Below are positions 13,133 to 28,589 of a stretch of DNA of 64,000 nt, piece after piece (positions within the stretch are counted from its first letter, which is position 1; every line of letters starts with the position of its first letter). The translations under genes were made by a program, and so were the position numbers. The notes below the pieces were generated by a model. The model was not told the DNA's origin, did no database searches, and saw only the letters and a list, made by a program, of their open reading frames with translations. Origin of the DNA: the human T2T-CHM13v2.0 reference genome, Homo sapiens; assembly GCF_009914755.1 (NCBI RefSeq), contig NC_060932.1. The stretch is one strand, 5' to 3'.

Positions 13133-13456
13133 CTTGTTCCTTGGTATCCATGGGAGATTGGTTTCAGGACCCTATCAGACACCAAAATTCGTGGATGCTC
13201 AAGTCCCTGATATAAACTAGTATAGTATTCACATATAATCTAGGCACATCCTCACGTATACTTTAAATCATCTCTAGATTACTTACAATACCTAATACAT
13301 TGCAAATGCTATGTAAATAATTGTTATATTACATCATTTAGAAAGTAATGACACGAACAAATCTGTACATGTTCAGCACAGATGCTTTTTTAAAAAAAAA
13401 ATTTTGACTCAGTAGAATCCACAGATGCTGAACCCATGGACATGGAGGTCCAACTA
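13133..13456. mobile_element. MER2 (TcMar-Tigger) MITE
   Basis: ccttggtatccatgggagattggtttcaggacc...ggatgctcaagtccctgatata...gaatccacagatgctgaacccatggacatggagg; TA-flanked. Confidence 0.9.
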
Positions 13457-13580
13457 TACTTAATATCTTCTTCATCAAAATAGTCCCATTTACTCTGCAA
13501 TACAGTTCAGATATCATCTTTCTTACAAACCTTCCCCAGTTTGAGTTAGATGTCCTTCCTCTAGATTTCTGGTACCCTGC

Positions 13581-13728
13581 TGTATTCATTTCCCAGGCTG
13601 CTATAACAAAGTACCACAAACTGGGCAACATAAAACAACAGAAATGTATTATCTCATGGTTCTGGAGGCTGGAAGGCCAAAATCAAGGTGTTGGCAGGCC
13701 CATGCTCTCTCTGAACTTTAGAGGAGGC
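13581..13728 (-). mobile_element. MLT1C/D LTR 3' fragment
   Basis: tgtattcatttcccaggctgctataacaaagtaccacaaactggg...ttctggaggctggaagg. Confidence 0.85.
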
Positions 13729-14789
13729 AATATTCAACCCTGTACACCTGTTAGTATCTTTTTATGCCATTTACCACAGTTTACTATTAGTTTCCTGCCA
13801 GTCCTACAGTATAAACTAAACACTAAGGCCCTGAGTGAATAAAGCTACAGTGGCTATTCATCATTTCTGCCCTTCCAAGATTATGTCTCATATATAAGAT
13901 GTTTGGCTATTAAATATGGTGTTCCATTGCATCAATGTACAAGCTCTAAAGAGGAACAACAAACCTATGCAATTTGAGCCAGAGAGGCAGTGTGGTATTC
14001 AGAAAATAAATTCGTATCACACGTCAGGGGGAGCTTTAAAGACATAGAATAAAGGAGACAACAATGACAGGTTTTAAGTTCTTATCTCATACTTGGGGCT
14101 TGCTATCACTCAAACCATAGCACCAACTCCGAGCTTCCCTGTCATAGCACCTACCTTTGTCCCCTCCTTCACGGAAAATGCTAAATCAATTTGAAAACTG
14201 TGCTTTAATTCCTTTTTTCCTTTAATTCCTTGTATCCTGTAAAAGCCTTTTCTTATAGGGTCCTTGCTCTTCCAGCCTCTAGAACCTACCCTGGCTCTCA
14301 CTTTTCATATTCTCCTTCCACATCCCATCACCCACTGGCCCAGACTAACTTCATGAAATGCTTGACTGTTATGTCCTGCCTCGTGAATTAGGCCGACGGT
14401 GATGTCCCTCCTGATAATAATGAATTCTTGCACCACACTTTTCTGATACATACAGAAACTTATGATTACTGTCCCATTGGGAGTAATACACCATTGTCTT
14501 TAGACCTCAGAACTTTAATCCAACACCCTGAAAAACAGGTCTCCTCTGCTTTTCCCCCACCTCAGTAGCTCAGGGTTCACACCTGGGCATTTTCAAATCA
14601 CAACTTTAACACCATAGGCCCTTGAATTTCCCTTCTGTAAATGGAGGGGTTTGGTCCATACAATCTCTAAGAATTTTTTCATCTCAATATAGTATAGTTA
14701 TATATAGTGGTGGCAGGAAGGAAATGTGTAATTGAACCAGGTAACCTACTGTCTTTCAGTACTGAGTTGTTGTCACATGCTTGGCATCA

Positions 14790-14893
14790 TGTATATGTAT
14801 ATGCACACACACAAACAAATGCACACATATTTTTATGTGTATATGTGTGTGTATATATATATATATATATATACACACACATACCTATATATA
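14790..14893. repeat. Compound (TG)n/(TA)n/(CA)n microsatellite
   Basis: Direct observation. Confidence 0.9.
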
Positions 14894-16780
14894 TGATTAT
14901 TTTGAGAGACTGTAAGTCATGTGTAATTCTTTATGAGTGATAGGTAAATATAGCATACTGCATGACTTTTCATTTATATTAACTGCTTTTGGGAGAATTA
15001 AGGAAAATTTTTACCTTGAAAATTGGTCTGTGTAAATTTTTTAAAAATGCTTTCTTCCTTTATGCTTCAGTCTCATTAATGTAAATTGAAAAATAAACAT
15101 ATTCATTTTGCAAAATTTGTTTTCCATTTGCAGTATTTCCCACATATAATTGTATCTGAATTGATGTTTTATCTTACCTATTAAAACACATGTAAAAAAA
15201 AAGCCAATTACGTAAAAAGTACTGATGCTGCATTTCTCTAATAAATTTTGATGGAGGAAGAAAAAATATATATCTAAAGAAATGTTGATAATTATTGAAA
15301 ACAGGATTATAAAATTAATTTGTAATAAATGTGAGCCTATAAAAAAGTAAAATATTATTATTTTTACTACAAGGAAATTCATCTTATTCTGCTGTCTTGA
15401 TTAAAATGTAATATGAAATCTAGACCGTAAAGTTATTATTTTAAGAAAACTATCAACTTTGAATAAAAGTTGCTGTGCTTCTTTCTCTGGGGTACACTGG
15501 GCAAGTTATTTGATATGGAAAAATTGATCAGGATATTAGAGTTAAATAAATATATTAACTCTGATAGTTACATAATTGTAGTAATAATGTGGTGAGTTAA
15601 GTATAAGTGACAGACAGAAGAACATAAAATAGAAGTTTTAAAATTATTTTGGTCTCATTTCACCCCAGATAATGCCAAAGTACAAACATATGTAAGTGCC
15701 GTAGCAGAATGGAAATAAGCTAAGGATATAGGTTGATAAAAACCCACTTAATTTCACAAGGCTTAAACTTTACCAAATTAAATTAGATATGTTCACTTTA
15801 GGAGACTTCTTAATACTAAATAATAGTTGTAAGAATGTAAAAGGTAAATAAATAAATTTAATATTTATTCATGCATTCAATTTTCTGTTCATGAGTATAG
15901 TTTCTATTATTTGCAAGGTAGGTAAGAAGTGAAAAATAAAGGTAAGAAAATAAGTAGAAATGAAAAATTGAAAGATAAATTTCTATAGCAAAAGACTGAC
16001 TTTATTGGAAATAGTCCTAAGAATTAGTAAGAAAAAAATGAAAAGATGCTTAATTCTGAAGCACTGCTGAGGTTCCTATGGTTCTGGTTAGTCAAATGCT
16101 TGTTAATAGGTAATCATTGCTGCTGATCTTTGGTTTCGTTTTATTTTTTCCTGGCTTTCTCTAGAACTTTGCCTTGTACTTTATTAAGACCACCACTGAG
16201 ATTCATGAAATACTTCGTATATTACTGGATACTGATTGTACAAATGTCAACTGGCTGCTTGTTGTCTGTAGTTTGCCTTGGCTGCAAGCTCTACAGTATA
16301 TTTAACTTCATTTTTATCATTACCAAAGTGACCTTTTAGAAATATATTTTGCTCTACTGATATCTGAACTTCAGGTAAGGCTCTTTTTGAGGAAGGTGTT
16401 TGGATTCATTGAACAATAGCAAAATGACTAGTGTAAGTGAAAAATCACAGCACAGTTACTGCACAGAGAAGCAGATCCACATGTCTCCTCTTCCCCACAT
16501 CTTCTAGGCTGTAGCTGTGAATGATTTAACAGGATGCAGGAGAATAAAATTTGTACTTATAGTCAAACAGGGAATGGGTACAAGTCCAGTTATTAGTAGA
16601 TAATCAATACTTTTTAAAAATGATGACATGATAAAATACTCTCCTTCAGAGGCATTTAAAAACAGAAAAGATTCTCATTGATTTGAAATAGAGTAGGTTT
16701 GAATCTAACAGTATAGATTAACCCATTATGGTTCTTTTACTACCAGTGTATATTTTGGGACAAGAATTCCACTACACTAA

Positions 16781-16782
<2 letters not shown>

Positions 16783-16813
<31 letters not shown>
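16783..16813. repeat. (CA)n microsatellite
   Basis: ~15 CA units. Confidence 0.97.
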
Positions 16814-16818
<5 letters not shown>

Positions 16819-17079
16819 GGCCTTAGAGTCCATTCTTCGATCTCCCAAAATAACTGGCATAAACCAAGCAGAATTTTTGTACCTCATAAGTACATTCCTC
16901 ATAAGTGTTGGCTTTTAAAATGTTTGTAGGCATATGTTAAGTTTCTAGCTTTTAGATCTAATGAATAGATCTTGCAGCAGTACTTTTCAAAGTGCAGGTT
17001 GCAACCCATTGGGTAAATAAAATGAATTCAAAAAGCACTAACTAGCACTTTCATTAATACATATATTAAAATGTTGTTT

Positions 17080-18320
17080 CTTTGGAGGGACAAATAGACA
17101 AAGTAACCAAACCAATACCTAAAGTAAACACAAAAAGAAAACACGAGTATACATAAGTGAGAAACAATCATTGAAAAAGAGGTACTAAAATTTCATAGAG
17201 GTCTGCTATGGACAATATTATGCAAATAAATTTTAAATATAGAAGAAATTAGTTAATTTTCTAGGAAAATATAGTTTACTAAAATTGACCTCAGTATGCA
17301 TAAACAATTAAACAGACCAATATTCGTAGACAAAATAATGAAAATTATCAAAGAACTAGTTAATAATGCCCCTCCCCTCAAAAGAAAGAGAAATACTAGA
17401 CCCAGGCACTTTTACAAGAGAATTCTAATAATCTTTCATGGAACAGATATCCCCAATGATATTTAAATTGTTCCAGATCTTAGGAAAAAGAAGGGAAGCT
17501 TTCAAATTGTTTATAAGGATCAAGTATAACATTTATTCAAAAACCCAATAAATATGGCATAAAAAGGATAACCATATACCAATTTTACTTGTGAACATTG
17601 AAGTATTAATATAATGTTTTTCTAAGGCATTAACAAAGAACAGATTGAAAAATAACCATGTGGGACTTATTTCAAAAGTGTAAAGATGATTATATTTGGA
17701 AGTCAATAATGAAATTTACTATATTAAAGGGTTTAAGTTTTCTTAGAGAAATGGTTGATGCCAGGGCTGGAGCAGAGAAAATACAGACACATGTCAGAAG
17801 GATATAGGAGATGGTTTGTTGGAACTCCCACTGACCAAATGTTGAACAATATGAGCAGCAAAATAATCAAGATAGTGATATATTAGAACATATTGAATAA
17901 AATTGAATCCATGAGTTCAAAGTGATATTCATAGGATGTGTATTTGGGTGGTGGAAAATAGGATAAATATTTTCTATATTGAAGAATGACAGATAATAAA
18001 TGCAGAAGGAATGACAGAATTAAAGGAGAACCAGTTTACATATGTAGAATAAATGGCTTAAGAAAGTATTATGGACTAATGCTAAAATCACTAGATGGAA
18101 AGTTGTTGGGAGCAGGATATTCATGCTATATCAATGTAGCCCTCTCTATATTACCTCTTCATTACAAAAGGAAAAGTATATTGTTACAATGAAAGGATCC
18201 AGCATTCATCATTTTGAACAAGTGATCAAACTTAACCTCATGAATAATGGGACAAACTAACATCTTTGCAGTGGGAAGCATACATCAATGCCTACGTAGT
18301 ATTTTTGACACAGCTTTTGG
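17080..18320 (+). mobile_element. Old L1M (ORF2 fragment followed by L1MC-like 3' UTR)
   Basis: tatggacaatattatgcaaataaatttt...ttctaggaaaatatagtttactaaaattgac; ttcttagagaaatggttgatgccagggctggagcag; aacaagtgatcaaacttaac. Confidence 0.75.
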
Positions 18321-19154
18321 CTCCAAGTGGCTCAAGGTAGACAAAGAAGTGTAGGAAAGACAGGAAATAACCAGCTTCCAAACAGCCCTCCTGCAAGGAT
18401 TGTATTAGGTGTCTCTCCAAAAAAAAAAAGAAAAAAAAATGAAACAAAAAAACATTTAAAATGGGAATGTATGATTGATATAAAAGTTAGAAATGTGCAT
18501 AGAACAGGTATAACTTAGAAGAAGTCTGCAAGAATATGGCACTTGAGCATACTTGATCAGATTAATGCTTCAGTACTCAAAGAGTTGACATTGTCACTTT
18601 GCCTGGCATTTAGACCCATGGGACACTTGTTTTCACCCCTCTCAGTCATATGGCCAGCCTTTTCAGAAATGAGGGAGAGGTTTTCTGAGTCTTCCTGCTT
18701 CCAGAGAGTCCTCTGTCAATGCGGACTAAATTTAAGGAAAGTCTCTGTTATAATATTTAAATGAGATAATGTATATAAAGTACCTGGGATGCCACCTGAC
18801 ACAGAAGAGGCTGAAAAAAACCCAACAATGTCCTGCCTCTGGTGAATGTCTATATTTCTTCTGACCAATATTTTATCTCATTTCTAAGGAATTATTCTGC
18901 TTTCTTCTAGGATTATGCCAGGAAATCCTAGCATAATTTACTCCTATCCTGAGTAAATAAAAATATGTCTTCCGGAGAGAAGTCATTCGTTTCAGAAAGA
19001 GAAATTCTTTTTTAATGTGTTGGTGGAATTCTCTTTCAATACACTGTGAGGATAAATCCATCTATCTTGTTCCATTTCTTTCCATGCTATAGGAATAGTT
19101 AAAAAGGAAAGAAATACAGAGAACCAAAAATAGAAAGAACCTTATGTGTCTCTG

Positions 19155-19400
19155 CTAGAATCCTCTCTGTGACTTATGTTGGGCTGGATGGCAATGATCA
19201 GTTGCTCTCTTTCCTGAGTTCCCATAGTATGCTGTGTATAATCTTATTATAACATTTATTTTCTTTGCATTGTAATTGCCTGTTGACATGTGGGCCTTTA
19301 CTACAGTCCTTTGAGCTTCTTGAAGGCAAGAAGCATCCCTTATTTGTGGTTTATGTTGGCACCCAGCATGATGGCTAACCTGGGACAGGTACGCAATAAC
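19155..19400 (+). mobile_element. L2 3' end
   Basis: ctttgagcttcttgaaggcaagaagcatccct...cccagcatga...cctgggacagg. Confidence 0.65.
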
Positions 19401-22236
19401 TGTCCACAGAAAGAATATCAACTTCCTTTTCTCATCTCTCTGCCTCTTCCCAGTTTCTCCCTGTCTTCTTTCTCTGCCTCAGATCTATTTAGATCTTCAA
19501 TGTCCTATGAGGCCACTGTTATTCGAGATAGATCTTTTATATGTTCTGTTTTTACTTTTTAATCTCCTATGACTCTATAGAAGAAATTGTTAATAATATG
19601 TCTGCTTTATATTTACCAAGTTATGGTCATCTAAAGTAGTAGATTTTTACTCCAATATTTTTAAATAAATACATCTATTTAAAAATCTACTACTTTATAC
19701 AAAGGGTCTCCATCACTAATGACTAATGTTCTTTGTCAAGAAAGACAATAAATGCCGTTTCTAGGTCCATGACATTTAGTAACGTATACACTAAAGCAAG
19801 CCCTGATCAATGCTGAGTCATTGAAATTTGGTTTTTAATTTTGAAGCAATAATATTGTTCCATGATTTCATCTGAATATTTGAATATTTTTTGGTTCCTT
19901 TGGAAGGCTGTTTATATATGCCCAAAGGGTCAGATGTCCATAACCCTTTAGTTGAATCTCTGTATCTCTTATAAAGGGATGAGTGTGAGAATCAGAATTA
20001 TTTGCCAAGACATAGATGCAATGTAAACTTATTTTTTGTGTGAAGATTAAATCAAAATACATTAGTTGAATTGATGTTTCTGTCCCATTTATTCTCATAT
20101 AAAATTATGCAGACTTGATTTTCTTTCTTTAGAAGTTAGAAAATGCTAAATTTAAGTCAATTTTCTCTTGAATCTTTTTCAAGTTATTTTTATATATCAT
20201 TGATTTTTCTTTTTCTTTTAGAGCTAAGACATGGAGAACATATAGACACCCAGCAACTCTCACAAAAGATTTCTAAAACATTTGCTTTCTAAAACACTTA
20301 CAGTTGCTTTAACAAAAAGAGACATTTGGAAGATTACAATTCTTCTAAAATGCCCTACTTTTTCTCTGCTGTACCTTATAATCTCTATCATTTTTATAGA
20401 TTAAAGATTGGTTCAGAAAGTTTTAAGATGGTCAGAATAGCATAAAAGACACAAACCAAAGTCCATTTTTATGAAGCAAATAATGTTAATTGCTGAACTA
20501 CAGGTTTTAATGACAATGTCTATCAAACGTTTCTATATTGCAGATGTATTCCTGAAAGCATCATTCAATTGCTTGTAAGGACTCGAAGTATAATTCTTTC
20601 CTTTTTCTGGAATGGAACAACTTCTATGCATAATGCAATCAGTGATCTTGACTCGTGCTAATTTAGCAGCAGATTAACCTTTTTGTACTTTTCCAGTTAA
20701 ATATTTTGTAAAACTTAGAGCAGGGGTAAACCTAAAATTATGATTGCAATATATCAAAAATAGTATGTGCTACAGTCTTAGAAGTATCACATACTAAATT
20801 TAGGAAGCACTTAAAAATGAAAAACAATTATATCTTAGAAAAAATCAATAAGACGATGTATTACTTTACTTTTTCTGCATGTTGAAAATTCTTTCTCTAT
20901 GCATTTAATCATCCCAGGGGAAATGTCTGTATTTATACATATTGGTATGAAATTACATACCCCATATAACATATATAATAACCATATTAACTTGGCCATA
21001 TGTTGGTAGGTGAGGTAATTACTGTTATTTAGCCAATTCACTCTTAAAAACAAAGTGTCTGAACTTTAAGAGATTTCAAATTGGCAGTAATAATAGGTTA
21101 TTAAAATACTCCCTTAATATCTTCTATAGGAGCTCTGCTATGTGCTGTATAAAGGAGGTTAAAAATAAGCTTGACATGTCTCTCCATGACCTGACAGTCT
21201 GCATAAGGCAAAATTGCTATAAACATTAAGAGTTATATGTGTATATATCATCTCTATATCCAAGATTTGAGCTGTACCATAGGAGCTACACCACCTAAAA
21301 ATATGATTCTAGTCCCTGGAAATTTAATTTTGGGTCAAGTAATTATGCCCAAAAGCCAATATTAAAATGCTCAGTTTTCTGGTGTCCACATAGAGGGGGA
21401 AAGGGCTGAGTCCAACACACAGGCTGACATTTGCTTGATAGAGGATCTACCTTCACATGGTTTAGTTATGCAAGAAAGGGAAACCAGTTGGGCACTGAAC
21501 ATGAACCACACGTTGTCTGTAACTATATAGATGATGTATATCCACATACATTTATATGTAGAGTCTGTGTGGTTAAGAAAATAAACTTTATGTATAATGC
21601 TCCTGAATTCATAGAATCCTTTGAGTTTTATGAATTTTTGAGTTAATACTGGAAACAAATATACTCTCCTGTGAAGGTACACAAAAGTTTTGATGTGAAA
21701 GGAAAGTCCTCATACAAAAGTTAGGAAGTCATGATCTAGCGTAAGCTACTTAAGACAAAATTTCCACAGGTCCAGTCTGTTAGAAAAAAAAAAAAAAACC
21801 TTGAAATCTGACAATAAAAGACAAAAACTGCTGATTTCAGCTACAGACAGGTAGAAAATACTACTTTTCTTTTTTAACTGTTCTCCATCCACTTAGGCTA
21901 CCGATATGAACAGGAATACATATATTTTGACCTTCACCTCGGTCTAAGATTTTTTTGGGGTATTGTGAAGCAAAAATCTAATCTCAGGTGACTTCCAGTT
22001 CTTTGTGTTAATAGGGCCATATAGAACCAGGCTGGACAACTCTCTTTTACCGAAACACTTGATGGGTCTTTTGGTTAGAAATGTTCAGTAAAATCCCTGG
22101 TTCTGCTAGATGAGAAATTACTTTGATGAAGAAAATATTTTAACAGAAATTTTGGAATTTGCTTGATCCTAAGAGGTGAGAAAAGCACCAGAGGAGGGAA
22201 ACAAGACTGTTACATATGAATGCTATGTTTAAATGA

Positions 22237-22336
22237 TCATTCATTCCTATTGTAATTGAATCTTTGTTCTAGCAAAATCAAATTAAATTGTGGGCTGTGC
22301 TTTTCAAAAGAAATTTAAATGAGGAAGTTTTGACTA
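22237..22336 (+). repeat. Copy A of a 100-bp dispersed direct duplication
   Basis: Ungapped match to 23820-23919, about 11 mismatches by eye. Confidence 0.92.
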
Positions 22337-22637
22337 AGCCTTAGGAAAAGTGTTTAAATAAAAGTTTACTTATGGAATGAGTTGTTGGAAAAGTGATTTC
22401 AAATATTCAATTGGAAATTGTTTCCACTTCTGTTCTAGAATTATCCTTTGTTATTTTCAAATCTATAGTAAAAATGTGTTAATCAGTGGTGCTTTGGGGA
22501 ATGAAGAAAGGAAGAGTTTCCGCACTTGCAACACTCTAGGGTAAAGATGACAGCTGCAGGAGGTGAGATAGCAAGTGGAAATGATAATAAATGGGGAGGA
22601 AAAATTGAGAGTAAAAGGTGATGGCACGACCATATAC

Positions 22638-23267
22638 TGATATAGAAGTTAAGAAAAATTATTTAGGCAGATAGTGAGGGTAAGGAAGTAATGTTTTCCT
22701 TTTAACGAAAAGCAGCCTCCAGATCATTTTCTTTTCTAACAAAGAGCAGCCTGTAAAATTGAGCTGCAGACATACAAAGGCAAGCTAGAAGCTTGGGTGA
22801 GTGCCGGCAGTTGTGCCAATAGGAAAGGGGCTACCTGGGGACTAGGCATGTTCAAAATGGCGGCTCCGTCTTCCCTTTTCTTTGCCAACCACATGTACAG
22901 TAAGGAGCAGGCGACATGTCACCAGCCAGGTAGAGAAGCCATTTGCATAATAGAAGATTAGGGTGGGGTTGCCAGCTTCTTCATGTGCTATGCAAATGTT
23001 ACACCTGGTCCAAACAGTCTTTGGGCTCTATGTAAATCAGATGCCACCTCCTCAAGCTAGTCTATAAAACCCCATGCACTTCACCATAAAACCGGAAGTC
23101 CCACTTGGGAGACCCTATCTCTGGCAGGAGAGACAGCTATTCTCCTTTCTCTTTCTTTTGCCTATTAAACCTCTGCTCCTAAACCCACTTATGTGTCTGT
23201 GTCCTCGATTTCCTTGGTGTGAGATGTCGAACCTTGTATATTTACTCCAGACAAGGACGTCACTTCA
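22638..23267 (+). mobile_element. LTR9-family solo LTR (ERV1, HUERS-P3 group)
   Basis: TGATA...TTCA termini, 630 bp, 4-bp TSD ATAC both sides, TATAAAA near 23063, ATTAAA near 23164. Confidence 0.85.
22854..22997 (+). promoter_or_regulatory. YY1-like motif plus two perfect POU octamers inside LTR9
   Basis: AAAATGGCGGC 22854-22864, ATTTGCAT 22941-22948, ATGCAAAT 22990-22997; motif match only, activity unknown. Confidence 0.5.
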
Positions 23268-23819
23268 ATACTACCCTGGAAGAACTTCGAAATATACTGG
23301 TTGTCCTCCATTGTACGTAGTGGAAGCCTGAATATTTTGTTTGAATATTAAAGGGTGGACTCAGAATGCTAAAAGATGGAAGACCTGTGAGTTAAAAATG
23401 CAGTATGCAATTTGCCTCAATACTTCTGATACATATGGAGAAAAGGATGTGTGTTGTGGGGACTGGGGGCGAAGTGGCAGGGTGAGCTGTGTGGGTGGAG
23501 GAACACGGCAAGCCCGGGAGAAATAAAGTGTTTGAGGTTCAGGCGCAGAGAGTTGAAGAAAAGATAAAATGTTATTTCTGTCCCACTGGCTCCTTAATTT
23601 ATCAAAAGTAACCAGAAAGCATTGTCAGAACCTTTTTTCAGAGAGTTAATATTTTCCCATCTAAGGTGAAGAAAGCCCTTGGACACTTATACAAAGAATA
23701 ATTCCTTGAGCAACTACTCCAGTCACTTCTGGTCAAATGACCTTGAGCAATCCAGTCACTCCCTACTCCAAAATGCAAGGGGTATATAAAAAGGGAAAGG
23801 AGTAATTAGGAAAGCATTT

Positions 23820-23919
23820 TCATTCATTCTTATTGTAATTGAATCTTCTTTCTAGAAAAATTAAATTAAAATGTGGCCTGCACTTTTCAAAAGAAATTTA
23901 AATGAGTAAGTCTTGACTA
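23820..23919 (+). repeat. Copy B of the 100-bp dispersed duplication
   Basis: Matches 22237-22336. Confidence 0.92.
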
Positions 23920-25814
23920 TAAATAAACAAAATGGAAAGCAATAGAAACGTGTTTTTTGACAGATAGTTATGTTTGTGGGAAATCATGCTCTTTCCTTTA
24001 AAACACCAAAAGAACTACTGTGTACATGTGTCGAACTATATCACCATTGTAATTAGAATGGGAGGCTTAAAATGAATACAAACTGCAATCAGGGAATAGT
24101 ACAAACTAGGAGATGAGTGTGCAGAACAAAGATCAAGGTGTGATTTTTTTTTAAAGATTAGGGCATTTCTTAACACAAATCTCTTAACATGGGACATATT
24201 TTTACCATTATTATAGTGGATCAACATAGATACAGAGTTATAATCATTAAAAATGTGCTATACTTATCTAGACACTCTTTATTGTGTCAGGTACTTAAGT
24301 CTTAGTGTTAGTGTAAGAATAGTTCTGAAATTTTTGAAAACAAAGGTGCATTTGACCCTATCAGCCCATGATTCTCAAAGAATGTTCAGATGCTTTCAAC
24401 ATTCTAATAAAAAATAGAAATCATCCACTTTTGATCACTCCACAACCCCCTCCTCTATGCCAGTCTATCTCTGAGCCAAAAGAGGTGTATTCCTTCAAGT
24501 TCCTGTATCACTGGCATGCCTTTATGCATGCCTGCTCTAAACCTCTTAAATACAGATGAACACAAAATACAGGCATATTTCTCATTATGCAAGCAGACTC
24601 CTACATACAAATTCTAAAGGAAAGCACAGAACAGCTGCATTCCACTTTTTTTTTGGCATGAATAGGGTCTTTAATATCAATACTGAAATGGAAGTGATTA
24701 GTACTATTTACTGAATTTTAAAGCACCTTAGGATGTTCAGCCAGACAGTTTATTTGATTGGCTGAACATGCGGACACCTCATTTTGGGAAAAATATGTTG
24801 GCAAAGGCAAAGAAACAGCTATCTGGCTGCTTCATGAACAGTTTTAGAGGAGTTGAGCTGATATTTCTTCTTTAAAAATGATACTCTTATAAACAATGAC
24901 ATGCTCTTTCTAGCATTATGTGGTCTTCTTTACCTAATCACACTTCTGAAACTCTAAAATTAGGAGTATTGAGTATAATCATTTAGATTTGGCTCAGCTC
25001 ACAGAATTTTATTCATGATACTTTGATGTATAGCATCTAATGTAGAAATCATCCATTTACTATAGGTAGTTGGACATTGCTAGAATGTACACTGTATGTT
25101 AGTATCTCTATATAATATATCTGATTCATTTCTGATATTAGTCAATCTTTGGTAAATTATTTGTTTTGGAAGATACATTAATTCTTTTGTTATTTCTTTC
25201 ATATACTACACATGTATTTAACATTTGTCTCTGCAATGCACTTTCTGGGTCTCCAGTATTCTAAAGAGTTAAGATTAAAGTTTCCACAGGCCAGGGCCAG
25301 GAGGGTAATATTATGATATAAATAATGGTAAGGGAATTATTTTTAAAGAACAAAGCTCAAGCTATGATGTAAGCCCCCTTAATTTTTTTCTAGAACAGTG
25401 ACAACAATAAAATAGAATGCGAAGAAAAAAATTGATGTGTATGTGGATAAAACTTAATTAGGCAAAATATTACTAAGCCCAACAAATCAGATCATTGAGG
25501 CACCAAAAGGTAATGGAGCTAGTAAGAAAAACAAATCTTTACTTGCTTCTGGACTTACCTGGATCCATTTACCCAGATTGTCTTTAAAACTAGTGAGACT
25601 TTAAATATTGACTTTTAGAAATCCATGTACTGCTAAAGATGCTAAAATTGTGAATTTAAAATATGGAAGAAATAAATAATTTTTCATCAGCTGTCAAGGT
25701 GCCATAGAGCGTTCACATGAGGACAACTCAATCTATTCCAGATACATAGCTATGACCAATAAAATATAAAAATACAAAACCAAAAATTATGATCACTCCT
25801 ACATCCACTTACAG

Positions 25815-26031
25815 AAGGGGAAGATATTTTTTATTCCATTTAGGCCCTCGATTTATTGGATGAGGTCCACCCATGCTAGGGGTGAAGGGGGAGGCATCTG
25901 CTTCAGTTAGTCTAGAAATTTAAATGTTAATCTTATCCAAAAATACCCTCATAGACACATCTAGAATGTTTCACCACCTATGTAGGTACCCCATGGTCCA
26001 GATACGTTGACATATAAAATGAACCATCACA
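25815..26031 (-). mobile_element. MLT2 LTR 5' fragment (ERVL)
   Basis: ttggatgaggtccacccatg...aataccctcatagacacatctagaa...gttgacatataaaatgaaccatcaca. Confidence 0.85.
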
Positions 26032-26175
26032 GTTGGGAAAAATTATGGGTTGACCATTATTTCTTCTCCAGCATTTTGAGTATATTACACCATATTATTT
26101 ATTGTTACTGATATAAATCTACAGTCAGCCTAATTGTCACAGCTTTTAGGTAACCTCGCTTTTCTTTTTGATAGC

Positions 26176-27810
<1,635 letters not shown>

Positions 27811-27855
27811 GCTACAATTTGAATATGTTTCACAAAAAACATGAGTTAGAAATTA

Positions 27856-28589
<734 letters not shown>

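Larger units (their letters stand above)
11085..13920 (+). mobile_element. Long fragmented L2 hosting LTR13A, MER2 and MLT1 insertions
   Basis: L2 motifs agtgacctctatattgccaaaatcaa; gattgatgactctcaaattc; agacatttccacttggctgtcc; pyrimidine-rich L2 texture resumes after each insertion. Confidence 0.7.

Noticed and set aside
20200-20240. Strong acceptor-like site ttttctttttcttttag (also ~5320 and ~31372)
   Set aside because: No convincing paired donor or open frame; common by chance in AT-rich DNA
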